A stretch of 64,000 nt of DNA from the human T2T-CHM13v2.0 reference genome, Homo sapiens (GCF_009914755.1 NC_060935.1); one strand, 5' to 3'. Shown: positions 37,921 through 52,064, counted from the stretch's first letter. Notes: generated by a model not told the origin, from the letters alone. A program made the numbers and translations.

Positions 37921-40900
37921 GCAGGGAGCACAGCCAGGACCTGGGGGTCCAGGGCTATTGGCAGTTACACTGCACTGTGTACCCTCTTCTGAAGAAGCTC
38001 GTGCTGTATGGTCCCTTCACCACCCTCCTGGAACCCCATCCTCCTCTTTGCCTCCATGGAGAGTGGGCTTGCATAGAGGCCTGACTGGCTAGCTCAAATC
38101 TGTCACTAAAGCACTCATCAGGCTTTAGTGAATCTGTCACTCATCAGCCAGAAGGCCTCATGGGTGATTGTGCCTGGCAGCCACTGGCCAGGGCAGCTCC
38201 TGCCAAGTCATTAAGGGAGTGTCTTAGTCCAGGCAAGTAAGACCTGTGATGGGGTTAAGAGCCTGTTTACTTTTCACTAGTGCTGTTGCAGGGGGCAACG
38301 TGATGTTGGTGTCAGGGAAGCTGCCACTTTGTTAGTTTACAGGCAAATTGCAGGATTGTTTACAGCAGCCCTTGCTTCCCCCGGGGCATGAAAGAACCAG
38401 CCATGTGGCAGCTTTCCTAGCAGGTAATCAGCAAGTTGAGCAGGGATGTAGGACTACAACTGGTTCTGGGATGGGAGGACCTGTATAGGCAGCCAAGCGG
38501 GCACTGGGGAGAAGGGAGGCAAGGAGCCAGCAGGTGCTGCAGCAGGTGGGGTACGTCACTGCTGTAGGTCATGGCTGGTGGAAAAGTGTCTTTGTGCAGG
38601 CAACAGCAATCCTGCCTACAGTAATCTAAACTCTGTCTTTAGTGTGGTCTTTCCTTCCACCCACGTTAGCCTCATGGGGAAACTGAGGCAAGCCAGAGCT
38701 GTAAAAGACTCAAGAGTTAGCTCTGAGCTGGACTACTTGGGCACAAGTCTGGTGGAAGCTAGTACTAATGGATCTCTTTGCTCCTTGTTTCATTGAAAGG
38801 AAAGCAGTGGTGGCAAAGAGAGAGGCCAACCATTCCCAGAAGGCCCAGAGTAGTAGCCAGGGTTGACCACCCAGGAGCAGGGTGGAGATGAGGGAAGTCT
38901 GCAGCTGTCAGCCTAAGTCCTGGCTTCCCTAGCCCTGCCTATTTTTGCTTTCATACCTTGGCCCCCTAAGACCTTCACTTTGGGGAAACTACCCAGAGAC
39001 TGGGCTTCTTCCTCTACCTCCATCTCCTTTCTAGCCCTTTTCTCTGCAGGGTCTGCAGAAATTTCTACCTGAAGGGTCATCTCAAGGGGTCTGCATCCCT
39101 CTCCCTCAAGTCCACTGGACTTAGCCTCTCTGTGATCACTCTTCCCGGAAGGTGAAGCAGTGAGTGATCCTAAAAAAGTGAGCACCAAGCCTGAACAAGG
39201 GATTGATTCCAGCAGTTACTCAGAAATCAAATGTCTCTGCCATGTGCTGCTATGAGATGGTTAAACTCAACTCACAAGTCAGTAGAAGTGTGTTTTACAA
39301 AAACTCGGAGTGATAGTCTGGCAGGGAAAGGGTTAGGCAGCTGGGGAAATTCGCTGATAGCAAGCAGCATTTCATCTGCATAACAGCTGTTCCCTCTTCT
39401 CCCTTCAAGGGTCCTGACATGGGTGGTAGACCTGATGCACTAACTGAGAAGGCCAGGGACAATTTCCAAGTGAAATTCTATCCTGTAGACAGGAAATGTG
39501 TTCATTCATTTGCTTGAGTTGTCAGCCTGTAACTGAGCTTCCTATATGCATTTCCACCCAGCAGGGACAAGGCAGGAGGGGTGAGCAGGCAGGTTAGAAG
39601 AAGTAGGGACACGAATTCATAATCAGGATTTGCTAGATCCTCTTAGAGGGAGTCAGCATTTGTGGGGCAATGAGATTATTTACAGAGCTATGAGCAATAG
39701 CAATAGCTAGTGAAAAACAGAGACTGGAAAAGCAACAGAAGAGAGCGAGGGTGGGAGACGACCCCCAGAAACCTTGTTCTTGGAGCCTGTAGAAAAATGA
39801 TTTTCAGACTACAGCAGACCTCTGAATATATCTTTCAGGAGCTATTAGTATCATATATTGGTCCCGAATCTTAAAGCTTGAATTGAGGAGATGATGGTTT
39901 ATAGATTCAAAGGAGTAGGATTTGTTTTTTGTATGCAACTGAGGATTTTTTTTTTCTTCCTTCCCCCATGTAAAGGTCAGGTGATGCTCAGAAATTTCAA
40001 GCCCCTTGAAAAAGCAGGAAAAAAGCAGACTGCAGTCCTTAACCCTGAAGATGGCTATGGCCTGTGAAACCAGGGGAAGTGGAAGTTAGAGGGTCACTCA
40101 GGGCAGTTGAGCCTGGGGAGGGTGGAGCCCCCTATTTCAGAATGGTTCCATCAGGCCCAGATGGGGGCCTCAAAGAGCTGGTCAGCTGGACACCCTCTGA
40201 CTCCTCCCTCCCCCATCCCTGTGCTTCCCTGGACCTGGGATCAAACCTATTTTCAGGGCAAACCTTGCAAGGGCTCCAAACTGGGAGAGAGCGGGTGGGA
40301 GGGAGGTGCAAGAAGAGAGGGCACTTTGCTGTTTACAGCTAAGCCCTGGTGTCTGAAAGCCTCAAACTGAAGACATCAATAATTCATACATTCATATGCT
40401 GTAGAGTATTTCCCCTTTTGTCACATATCTGGCCAATTGATTTCCCTTGGCCACAAACCTGCTGCTTTTAGAACATCATTAATAACAAGTCAACTGGTAA
40501 AATCTTCCCTGGGAGAGGGGGCTTTGGTTGGGAGAGGTTCCTGACCTTGTTTCCCCCAAGAAAAGGGGCTGTGAGCAGCCCTGGCAGCAGAATGTATGCA
40601 CATGGGCTGGGAGCCTTCCTCCTCCTGTTTTAGTGGAAGAAGGGACTGGGGGCCAGAGAGATGAGATGCCCACCCTATGGCCTCCCCAGGCTATTGCTGG
40701 AACCCTCTGATAGGGTTACAGGGAGAGAAGGAAAGAGAGAGAGAGAGAGAACTTGGGAGCCTCAGAATAAGAATACAGGTTCCTAATGGAACCCTCTCTA
40801 GCAGCCTCCTCCTCCTCCCCTCCTCACCCCAGGTTCTGTCTCTGGGGGTTTCCGTGTCTGATCCTCAAGTACCACGGGATGAAACTAATCAGGGGCTCTG

Positions 40901-42489
40901 GAATTACTCAAAGAGCTGGGAGCCCATGGTGCAACCTGGAGCTTCTACCAAAGCCTCCCTGCACCTCGTCAGGGAAACCAGGAGGCCACCCAGCTGAGGC
41001 CCTCTTGGAGTGGCAAAATGGGGCAAGGGCATCTTTCCTGCTGGCTCCATTCCCTGAGTCCCTTCCATGGCATCCGGAGCCCAGATTGTCTCCTCCTTCT
41101 GCTTCTGTGAGTCCCTGGACAGCACCTGGCTCGTAGGGAATGACCCTTCATGGATACTCACAAGAGACTTGTTGAAAGAGTAAATGAAAGCAGAAAGGAA
41201 CTGACAACTCATTCACAGTAAGTAAAGTGCTGCCACTTCCTCAGGACTCTGGGTTTACAGAGACTCAAAGGAATGAGTTTCTACTGGTGGGATGTCAGCA
41301 ACTTGGGAGAATAGCTAAATAGGGTTTTTTGTCTTAAGGGCAGTCCGTGAAATCAGATGGCTAGAGCCTACATCACCTATGTGACACTGGTCCTGATGAA
41401 AACTCCCCCTCTCTCATTGCGCTCTGTAGGAGAAGTCCCTCTGGAAGGGTGTTCTTCAAGGCTGGTAGAAAAACCTGCACTGAGCAGTGCCCGCTGTGGG
41501 AGGAGAGGGAGCAGGCCTTTCCCCACTCCTTGCCAGGGGCATTGCCAAGGTGTGTGCACCAGGAAGCCCATACCACCACTCATACCCACTCCCCCCTGGC
41601 CAGTGAGACCCCCCCATGAGAACCCCTGTTACAGGGAGGCTGTGATCCAGACAGGAGGGAAAAGTCTAACAGTTCTGCTTTTATCACTAATGTGGTGAGA
41701 TCTTACATCGCCAACACGAAGGCCTCCCAGAGGGCTCTGCTCTTCTGATCCCACTGAAGAGTCCTCCCTGCTCCTCTCAGCCCCATGGTTTATATCTCTG
41801 GAAATCTCCTGGTTGGCCTGATATTGATTTGGCTTCGAAAAAGAGTCAGTAAGAAATACACACACCACAGGTCTGAAATAGAATCTGTCCTTTGCAGTTG
41901 CAGCAAATACTCCCCAAAAGCTGGGTCTGTTTTCAATACAGCTACCCTAGGTGGGGCCCAGGGCCCCAGAGCTGCATGCTGTAGCCAGCCTTTGCCTTAT
42001 AAGACCATGGGGGCCCAGTTCCAGTGGGCAGCTTCTACAGACACGGTGTTCTACAGACAGGATAAATATTTGTGTTATATTCACACACACAGCTTGGAGC
42101 CTGAGCCAGCTTTATGGCCAGGCCTGGGGAGACCAGAGGCTGAGCTGCACCAGCTAACACAAATGTGCTTTCCTGGTGGCATTACAAGAAAGCAATTTGG
42201 GCTTGGGGATGAAGAGAGAGTTATTCGGCCTGGATGGGTGGGCCCTGAACCCATAGATCCCTCCAGTCCAGCTTTCCCTCCCTAATGGATTGACCCCCAC
42301 CATGCCTAAGACAGCATATGCTGAACCACCTCCTGCCCCCATGAATTGTTTCATCTCCGAGTAGATGTTGGAGCCTCAGAGGGCCTGAAGGTTATCTTGT
42401 CCAGATGTACTTAGTGGGGCTGGAGAGTTGGAGTATTTGCCTACCATCACCCAGCCAGTCGCGTCTGCTTCCCTGGGTCCCTCCCCATT

Positions 42490-42543
42490 TATGTATGTAT
42501 GTATGTATGTATGTATGTATGTATGTATGTATGTATGTATGTA
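42490..42543. repeat. (TATG)13 microsatellite forming an Alu tail
   Basis: Perfect tatg repeats directly adjoining the antisense Alu. Confidence 0.97.
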
Positions 42544-42806
42544 CAGTGTTTCCCTCTGTCTCCCAGGCTGGAGTGCAGTGGTGCAATCCCACTCACTGCA
42601 ATGTCCGCCTCCTGGACTCAGCCTCCCCAGTAGCTGGAACTACAGGTGCACGCGTCACCACACCTGGCTAATTTTTGTATTTTGTGTAGAGACGGGGTTT
42701 TGCCATGTTGCCTAGGCTGGTCACAAACAATCCTGGGCCCAAACAATCCACCTAACTTAGCCTCCCAAAGTGCTGGGATTACAGGCATGAGCCACTGCAC
42801 CTGGCC
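42544..42806 (-). mobile_element. AluJ (Jb-like) with short internal deletion
   Basis: cccaggctggagtgcagtgg...gttttgccatgttgcctaggctgg...cccaaagtgctgggattacaggcatgagccac; TSD cccattt. Confidence 0.93.
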
Positions 42807-43399
42807 CCCATTTTAAATCTACAAAGAAAGTCCTCTTTTTCTAAACTTCAGGAGGTTTTCCAAACCACAGTGGTATTTTTTTGTTGTTGTTTGTTTGTTT
42901 TTTCCCTCAACATCTCTGGGAGGCATCAGACCTCTAGATCCAGAGAAATGTCCTGCCTGGGGCAGAAGGGCAAAGCTGGCTACATTTTTTATCTACATCT
43001 CTCATTCCTTGTTCTGTATTCCCTACGTACACTTTCATGTTTCCCACTCATTCCCCTAGAAAGAAATGGACTTTTACTAAGGACCTAACATAAGCCAAGT
43101 TGTTTTCAATTTACAGCAACTCTATGAGGTGAGAGTTATTTTTCCCAAAGCAACTGTAACTAGTGTGTTGAATAAACAAGACCCATGAGACATATTCAAA
43201 AATTTTTTTATTTTGTTTGCCATTGCCCTTTAAATATATTCAGAGCTTGTTCAGTCCCTTGAAACTGGGTAAAATCTCCAATTTTTCTGCTCACTCTTAG
43301 AGAATATAGGTCATTTTAAATCAACAATATATTTTAAATCAATAATTAAAAGTGTCTAGTTCAATATAATAGTCAACACATTGATCTTTATACAAAGAT

Positions 43400-43810
43400 A
43401 TATTAATCAGGATGTTATAGGTCTAGCTGTACTAACAAAGAAGCCAAAAAGGTCTGTAATTAATGCACACATTTTGTTATACTTCTCACTCATCCAGAGC
43501 CCACTATAGGTCAGGAGACTCTTGTAGGCAGCTGTCCTCCATGTGATGACTCAGGGATTCAGGCCAGTTTGATCTTGTGGTTCCATTACCAACACATGCC
43601 TTCATGCTCCTGGGCAACAGAGACAAAGAAAGCCTAGAGGCTTACAGGGCCCTTGCTGTGCCTTAGTCTGGATATGACACACAGCACTTCCAATCTCATT
43701 TCCGTCCACAGAACCAATCATATTTCCCACCCAACCTCAGCAGGGCTGGGTAGTATGAAGGAAGAAACATGAGGAGAAATTGGTGAACACAGGACATTTT
43801 CTCTGCCACT
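43400..43810 (-). mobile_element. MLT1I/J-like LTR
   Basis: tcctccatgtgatgactcagggattcagg...gagaaattggtgaaca...ctctgccac. Confidence 0.75.
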
Positions 43811-44734
43811 AAAGACAACCCTTATCCTGATGCCCCAGCTGCAGTTAGCACAGACAGGCCCCTACTACAGAGTAAAGGGGATGGCATCAACTTCTTCTTG
43901 CTTTCTCAGACACCTCCCTTCTGCTCAACTGTTTCTGATCTCTCTGGAGTTGGAGCCTTGGGAGGGAGAAGAGGTTAAAAGAACAGGTAAGTTTTCTCTT
44001 GATAGGTATTGCAGTAAATCAACTTCAAGAGCTCTGGGCCTGGCAGGTATCTAAAGTTGTCTTGCCTCTCATGACACTCTCATGGCTTGTCAGAGGCCCT
44101 GCTGGAAAACTAACAGCATTTCCCACGACCCTGACTCGGTATTGCCTTCCTGTTGGTCACCCCCCTTTCAATGCCTCGGTTTTCTGACAGTCTACTCCAC
44201 ATGGGTTCTCTCTGTTGGATTTCCACTGCGATCCTTCTGGATTTAGGTCAGTTCTCTCTCCCACCGGTGCCTATATGGTCCATAAAAAGCACTCCTGCTT
44301 CTTTTGTTCTGACAAATCCCAGGAGTATAGGCCAGTGTCAATTCAGCAGCAGCTTTCCTTAACTTCTCAACTGAAGCAGCTGGTCTGCCAAGCCCTCCTG
44401 CCTTCGAGGTTTCATGGGCAGGAGTCCAGCACCAGCCTTCTGGGTCCTCCTAACTGCAGGGAATAATGTCAAGCTGCCTAAGTGGTGTATCCTCTTGCCT
44501 TGAGGTGAAGGGAAAGTACTTCCACCCTCTGTCTTATGGGGCTGGAAGCTCCAGGCATGGCTCATTTCAGAGGCATACTTTCTGTTAAATTCTCTCTTCG
44601 CTTCCAACAAACTGGCAATGTATGATTTCCACATTGTGGGCGAGGGATTTTGAGAATTTTGATTATGGATTTCTAGGTAATACTTTTGTAAATTCTGCGT
44701 GTGGTCTAGTGTACTTCATTCAATTTAACACTGT

Positions 44735-45400
44735 GTAATACAAGTGACAGACACCCAACCCAACTCAACTTGGTTTAAGCAAAATGGAGGATTTGTTATA
44801 AAGGACATTGGAATGTCTCCTGGAACCTGAGAGCATGATTTCAATGGGGGCTTAGGAATTGCTATAACCAAGTTCCCACATTCCCTCAGGACTCCCTCCA
44901 CATCTCATGTTAGTGCTTGTTTCCTAGCCTCTGTTGCATTCTTTCTCCCTGAGAGTGAACTCACGTCCCTCACTTCTCTGTTCCCATCATTGGAAATATG
45001 GCTACTGGCAGCTCCCAAAATATATATCTTCTAGTTCAGCCACAAGAGACTTTCCACTCTCAGGCCTAAGACCAAAAATCCTCCAGAAGTGGGCACTGTG
45101 TTGTGTGCCTGTAGTCCCAGCTACTCAGGAGGCTGGAGCAGGAGGATTGCTTGAGCCCAAGAGTTTGACTCTAGCCTGGGCAATGTAGCAAGACCCTATC
45201 TCTAAATAAATAAATAAATAAATATCCTGAGGAAAGGGACACATGGGTTCCACTTGGTTTTGGAGCTCTCAGCTAGCCCAATCAGCTTGATTTGTGGTGA
45301 GAACTCCTTGTGACATGGCAGCTCCCCTGCAACCCTGGATGGTGTGGGAGCTGAGAAATTCCAGAAGATAGCAGGTATATGTTGACCCTGGCGCTTTTCC
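44735..45400 (-). mobile_element. Old ERVL LTR (LTR33-like), split by a FLAM
   Basis: caagtgacagacacccaac...caacttggtttaagcaaaatggaggattt. Confidence 0.55.
45088..45225 (+). mobile_element. FLAM (free left Alu monomer) with (TAAA)n tail
   Basis: gcctgtagtcccagctactcaggaggctg...ggattgcttgagcccaagag...gcaagaccctatctct; monomer length. Confidence 0.88.
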
Positions 45401-47319
45401 AGTTGTTCAGTCATTTGGACTTGTGTTAGTGTGTCTGATGTTTCATTCTAACTTTAGTAGCATTAGAGGGTGGAGGCAGGTTCTGGTTTGTGCAAAAGCC
45501 CACACAACTGGGGCCACCCATCTAGAGAAGACCTCTCTTCTTGCCTCTTCTACTAATAAGGATTTCCTTTCTACCAGTCATAAAGCATTTAGTTCCTACT
45601 GCCTTGAATTATGAGATGCCTGCCCAAGAGTCTTACCTTCCAAACAATGTTGCAATGTTGCAAATATCTAACTTCTGAGGCTATACTTGTGTCACTTTTA
45701 TATACCCTAAATCATCCCAAGCACTGCCTTGATATAACATCAATTCATTGTATTTATAGAATGCATGAACAAATAAATGAATGATTCCAGAGGACATTTT
45801 CCCTCTCTGTGAACCTATTGAAAACTCACCTGAGAATGACTAAAGGAAAAACATTCATGGATCTTGGATAGAATTTCTTGCTTCCCTCTCAGAAAATCTG
45901 AGTTTCATACACAAAATAAAGTAAAAGTTTAAAATAACATCTAGCATGTTTTACACATAGAATATGTTCAACAAATATTTGCTGGTTGGCTCAGATACAC
46001 TAAGGACACTGCTCCATATTGTTCCTGCTTCATCTCCATGTCTTGGCCCAAAGCCTTCCACTACCCCATCTGCCCAGCTGACCTATACCTGCTGCAGTCA
46101 CTCAGGTACTGGAATTTTCCCAGAAGGGCATCACCAGAGCTATTTGCTAAATGGACTCCACTCCTCCATTTTGTTTTCAAAGGAGTTAGAGTTCAGAAAG
46201 AAGTTTCTCAAAGCAAGGGAAATGGAATGCTGAAACAAGAGATGGAGAGTAACTAAAATCATCTTGATTCTAGTCTTGCTTATCCTAACCATCTGCAGAG
46301 AAAAGGCAGACAGAGGTTGAGTACCAGATACATCACTAGAAAGATGGAGCCAAGAGGAGTCTAGGGAGAAGGTCACAGGGAGGAATCTGATGAGGCAGAA
46401 CCTTATTCCCAACCAGACATTTGAAGGAAGCCAAAACCTGGGAAACCATATCATTATTTAAAAATCCCATTAAGGCTCTATATGGGGGAGATAGAGGTGA
46501 TGCTTGCTAATTTCAGGAAGTAACTGAGTAGTTTTAAGTACCCAAAATTAATTGATGGTTTTAAGGAAGAAATAGAGTGTAGGTAAGGCTGAGTCATAAA
46601 CCCATCGTTGGGGAAGAGGAAGACTATTAATTCTCATGATTCCTCATACCACAGGACAGAAAAGTAATAGTTCAAGTTGTGTATGATGAAATCTAATGCT
46701 GTGGCATAATTTTTTCTCATCGATTGGTTCCCAGCCCATCTCCCGTGATTTATAGGAATAACGGGGAGGAAGTGCTCACTGCAGTATGGCCAGGGCTGGG
46801 GAGGTTTATGTGCAATACTGGTTTCCAGAGTTAATAGATTTTCAATTATGGCCTACAGAATAGTGTTATGTTCCTGGAGGCAGCAAGCCTGAAACTGAGC
46901 CACTACCAGCTCACCAGACCCCATCCACCACTCCAAACCAAGCATCTGGGTGGGATGGAAGAAGTTCCTACCCTGGTCAGTATGCTGGGACATGTCTGCC
47001 TGGAGAGTGTCTAAGTTCCCTCCTTCATCAATAAAAACCCAATGGCCCTGAAATATTCCTACATCCCTGCAGCTGAAAAACTGAAAAAGACATGATTCAT
47101 GGAACCAGGATTACACCCATTCTACCCAATGAAATGTGGTAGCCTAGCGGAGATTTGCTCTAAGAAGCATAGTCTAGAGTTGGAAACAGGCAGTCTTACA
47201 GGAGCCAAGACTCTAAACTGGAAGGTGGCAAGCAAAAAAAGCTCAGGGTCTGAAGCCAAGAGAACAAGAAGATGTCAAAGAGTGGCAAAAAACCTCCCTA
47301 AAGCAGGAACCACAACCCC

Positions 47320-47400
47320 TTCTTAGTCATTGTTGTGTCCTATGCACCTGGCACGTTGTTTTACACAAAGGGGCATTCAGGTATTTACTGAATGAATGAG
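47320..47400 (+). mobile_element. L2 3' terminus
   Basis: gcacctggcacg...ggcattcaggtatttactgaatgaatga. Confidence 0.7.
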
Positions 47401-47411
47401 CCAAACAAGCC

Positions 47412-47790
47412 TGTGGAGTCTGTTACCAGGATCACAAAGACATTTACTGTTCAAATATTTCTATGCTCCTCCACCTCCCTAAACCCCTTTGAGTAAAGTG
47501 TGGCCATTGACCAGTACAGGTCAATGGACTGTGAGTAGAGCAATGCAGTACACTTAAGAATTAATGCAGGACCCTCCAGCATCTCTTCCCCTGCAGTAGT
47601 GATCGTGGAAGTCTCATATTTCAGATGATACAGTACAAGATGTGAGGACTTTTATCAGCTTAGGTTCTTTGATGGCTACATGGAGCAGAGTACCTTCCTC
47701 CCCTCCTGACCAGTCTGGGATGGGTAATGGGAGTGAGAAATAAACTTAAGTAATGTGTTAAGCCTTCATGATTTCCTTAGCCAACACTGA
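47412..47790 (+). mobile_element. MLT1 (I/J-like) LTR
   Basis: ggtcaatggactgtgagtaga...catggagcagag...gagtgagaaataaactt...ttaagcc. Confidence 0.7.
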
Positions 47791-47818
47791 ATAAATGAAA
47801 CAATCTACATTTACCAAT

Positions 47819-48196
47819 TGTCTTAGCTCAGGCTGCTATAAAAAATTACCATAGACTAGATGGCTTACACTTTTATTTCTGACAGTTCTAGAGGTTGAGA
47901 ATTCCAAGAGCAAGTTGCCAGCAGATTTGGTGTCTTGTGGGGGCCCTCTTCCTGGACTGCGAATCACTGTGTGCTCACATGGGCTTTCCTTGGTGCTGGG
48001 CTTGTAGAAAGAGGAATATCTGGCCTCTCTTCCTCTTCTTATGAGGACACTAATCCTATCACAGTGTCCCACCCTCATGATCTTATTTGAACCTAATTAC
48101 TTTTCAAAGGTTGCATCGCCTAATATCATCACCTATGGGCTTAAGGCTTCAACATAAGAATATGGCAGGGGGTGGGGATACAAACATTCTATAACA
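47819..48196 (-). mobile_element. MLT1A/B-like solo LTR
   Basis: tgtcttagctcaggctgctataaaaaattaccatagact...cttcttatgaggacactaatcc...ataaca; TSD ccaat/ccagt. Confidence 0.92.
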
Positions 48197-48259
48197 CCAG
48201 TTTAATCCAGTGATTTCCATCCAACCCTCCTTTCATACCCTCTTGCAAAAAGGTCTCTT

Positions 48260-48700
48260 TCTTTGGAAGTTATGTGAGCTGGTTCACCATCCTTTAACTC
48301 TTTCACTCATCTTTGTCACCATTACCCTCCAGCTTAGTTTTCATTCCTCTCACTCATTCTGTATTTTATTAGTTGGCTCCAAAATTTCTTTTGCTCCTCA
48401 GCTTCTGTCATCACATTTCACATCTATGCAAACTATTTTGAGCCCTAGCATTGGCATTCCTTGACATTATCAACTCCAACAACATGTATCCACATTAGCA
48501 ACAACCAATCCTATGGCCATATTCCGGGCCACATTATCTATAACTCTTCCAGCTTTGGTAATGCAAATTCCAATATACCAATTTTCTTTCACTCCTACCA
48601 TGCTGCTGTTAGACTTCACTTAGAGCTCCAATCCTTCAAGTTCAACCTATGACTCTGACTCCCCTAGTAGACCCTCATACTTTTCTCTACATTCTCCATC
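48260..48700 (+). mobile_element. L2 internal fragment
   Basis: ttccttgacattatcaactccaac...caaccaatcctatggccata resembles decayed L2 ORF2. Confidence 0.5.
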
Positions 48701-48859
48701 TTTATCATAGTGCATGACCCAGGAAGTTATGCAGAAGTCATTCATGAAAAATAAGTGAGCAAAGTGACTGTACACCTGCACACCTGGTGGATTTTTCCCT
48801 GTGGCCTCTTAAAAGTGTTGTTTGGTAAACTGCATTGCAGATTCCTCTCAAGAGCATCT

Positions 48860-49050
48860 GGACAGAGCTCAAAAGTTAGAATTCTAATACTGGGTCCATC
48901 ACCAGTTACCTACACATAGTCTTGGACAAGTCCCCTGACTTTTCCCTGAACTTCAGCTTTCTTGTGTCTTTTTTGCTAAATTACTAATAAGGATCAAATA
49001 AAATCATGAATGTGAAAGTGTAAAAAACTCTATAGAAACATAAAAATCAC
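48860..49050 (+). mobile_element. MIR
   Basis: cttggacaagtcccctgac...aggatcaaataaaatcatgaatgtgaaagtg. Confidence 0.65.
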
Positions 49051-49204
49051 TCCAATAATACTCATGGATTTCCTATTGTTTAGCATGTCAGATTCACATT
49101 CTTCTTTATGGAGGAAAAGCCAGGCAGATGTTGTAACAACCAAATGCCCCAAAAGCCAAAACTGAATGGTCAGGTTCCTAGATCAATAGAACCTGCTTCA
49201 TTGC

Positions 49205-49400
49205 CTTACTCATTCCTTCACTTACCAAACATTCATTGATTTCCTGTTGTTTTCAACTACTTAATAAGGCACAGGCCTTGCCCTGATGCAGTTCAACCTT
49301 TTGATAGGAAAAGAAAAGGAAACAATAAATTGCAATCAGAGATATAAGAGCAAAATAGAAGTATGTGCAGGATTCTGGGGATGGAGGAACCCCAGTTCTC
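49205..49400 (-). mobile_element. L2 3' end
   Basis: tcattccttcac...caaacattcattga...ccttgccctgatgcagttca. Confidence 0.6.
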
Positions 49401-51477
49401 TCTAGGAAGAGAGGGAAATAGAACACAGAACCCAGAACAGTTTCACACAGCAGGGTCTACGTTCTCGCCAGCTCTCCTGGGGACACAGCCATTCAGCCAG
49501 GATCTGGAGGAAACTGACACATGGGGAAAAAAATGGAACACAACCAGGAATTGAGCTTCTATCTGTAACTCTTCCTCCAGTTCCTTGCCTTGGCACTACC
49601 TGGACACAGCCCCAAAGGATTCAGGTATGTGTGCAATTATTTCTCTCAACAGTCCCACGAGGTACAAGGCTATCACTTGCCTCTGTGTGAATTCCAGACA
49701 GGCCGTCTGAGACCAAATCCTGCCTTATTCTCACCATGTCACACTGCCTATCACACCTGGGAAAGATGCAGGGTGGGAGCCTGAGGAGGGGATAAAGGCC
49801 TCCCCACACGCCTGTGATTGGCTTCAGAGCTTTGGGGCAGGGTTACTGTCCTGGTGACCAGTCTGCCTCCACCCAGAATCCTTCTTCTACCACTGACTCC
49901 CTGCAGTGCAGGCCAAACAGGTCTATACCTTATTATGCCAGATTCCTCAGCCCAATGCAATGGAAATTAAATGCTATCTGCACAGGAGCCCAGCAGAGAC
50001 ACTGCATTCCTGGCTAGCTAGGCAGGACTTGGGATGACAGGGAGAGCGGAAATTACTTCTCAGTGATGAGAGCCTGACAAAGCAATTGTGCCCTGAGAAT
50101 TGGCTGTGCCGCAGAGAGACAGGCTGGCCTCCTAATCTCAAGAAGCTTGGGTCTTTGTCCCTGGATCCTGGGAGCCTCTGAGCTGCTCAACCATGGTTCA
50201 GCCTGGTGAACCTAGGGAGCACGTTCTCCCCACTTCCTCCTGGACAACAGATTTTAAGGAGGGTGCAGACCTAGCCATTTTGCTGCCACAAGGATCCAGA
50301 GCATATTTTGAACAACAGTTGCAGCATTTTTAGTAATCTGCAGATACAGATGAGGAGATTGGTGTCTGAAAGCTGATCTCCTTTGTCTTTACTCTTACCC
50401 TAGCCCCCTAGGTGGGTCTCTCTGTCTCTCTCTCTCTCTCTCGTGTGCACGTGCCTTTTTTTTTCCCCTCTCTCTCCCGCCCCATCTTCCTTACTCCCTA
50501 AGTGTGTGTGGTGGGAGTTGGGGAAGTTGGGGGAAGGCAGCAGGGGAGCACATATCCACGTGTAATTTTTGATATCGAAGTCAGCGTTTTCAATTACTTT
50601 CCACTAATTTCTCCCACTACCCTTTTCTACTTGTAACTATGGAAATGCATAATAAATGTCCATTTAGATGTGCAAGGGAAACAATTTTCAAAGTGAAAGA
50701 TAATATATTTTCATGAGCCCCAAGTTCTCCTACTTCTTATACCTCATCCCTAGCCACTGGCTTGCTGGTGTACATGGGTGGCATTCATGGCTTAACATAA
50801 AGGAGGCCACATCATTGAAACTCATTGTGAACTCGCCATCTTGGGGCCCCCTCAGTGCATATGATCCTGTCTGTATGGGCTGAAAGAGGGATGTCCCTGA
50901 CTGCACGTGGAGCACCAGATGCAATGGCTCTGGAATACCCAAGGAGATGACTTTCCAGAATTCAGAAAGATTTGAGACTCAGCAGGACACAGACTCCTTT
51001 CTCACCCCCAGGGAGAGGATGACCCAGGCAGAAAGCAATCATGCTGCAGTAGTGACCTCCACAAAGCTTAGAATCAGGAGGTCTATGCATCTGAATATTG
51101 TTGTTAATGGGCTATGCTTCTCAAAATAACATACGCCAGGTGGTAGGACATGCAGTTCCTAAAGCTATAACATGAATATGGTGAATTTTCCTCTGTGATC
51201 AATTTTACTAATTGACAACTGATTCAAAACATCATATTTATATAAAAACATTATGTAGGAGAATGCAAAATTCTTGAGAATTTTTACGGTAGTCCATGAG
51301 GTTAAAAGGAATTTATGCTTATAGCTGGCAGCTTCAGAGTGTACCCCAGGACTCTTGAGATACCCTTTCATTCTCCATTAGGAACATTTTACTAGGAAGT
51401 TTAAGAGGTCCTGCCCAGCAGTCCCCACCTCCTCTGGGTCTCATGCTGAGTATAATAGTTCATTTTTCCAAGAATCC

Positions 51478-52064
51478 TGTGGGGGAAGAAAGCCAATTTT
51501 TTCATCAACCCTCATAAGTTCTTAATTGGAATAGACCCCCTGTAACAAAACACAGATAAATGGAAGAAAACCAAAAAGGCATTTATTAATATATATATTT
51601 CACACATGCATGGGAGACACCCAGAGAATGAGTGGGTGTCCTTGAAGTCCAAGAAGTGTCTTTGAAGTTCAGCTTATATAGCATCTTCAACAAAGAACAG
51701 TAAATTTTTAGAGATGTGAAAAGACAAAGAAAAAGGACTTTGAGTCTCTAGGGGCAGCGACTTGTGGAAAGGCAAATAAATGGCAGATAAATGTTAGTTA
51801 GTAAAGCTTGTTAATGCAGATTCCTCTGGTGCTGTCTCCAGGTGGAATAAGGATCTAAAGTTGTCTTCAAAGTTTATCCTGTGTTCTCCTTGTTAGAAGT
51901 AGGGACAGGATACCTTTTGTCTTTGTAAATCTGTGTCCTGCTTTTAGGCAAATGGAGGGAGGGCAGAGAGCTTTCCTGCAGCTGCTTATTCTTAATTGCC
52001 TTCAGCTCAACAATCCTTATGCAAAAGAGGCATATTTTGGGGTGGCATATTCTGGTCTCCCACG
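51478..52064 (-). mobile_element. MER34-family ERV1 solo LTR
   Basis: tgtgggggaagaaa...cctgcttttagg...ccttcagctcaa...ggcatattttggggtggcatattctg. Confidence 0.85.
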
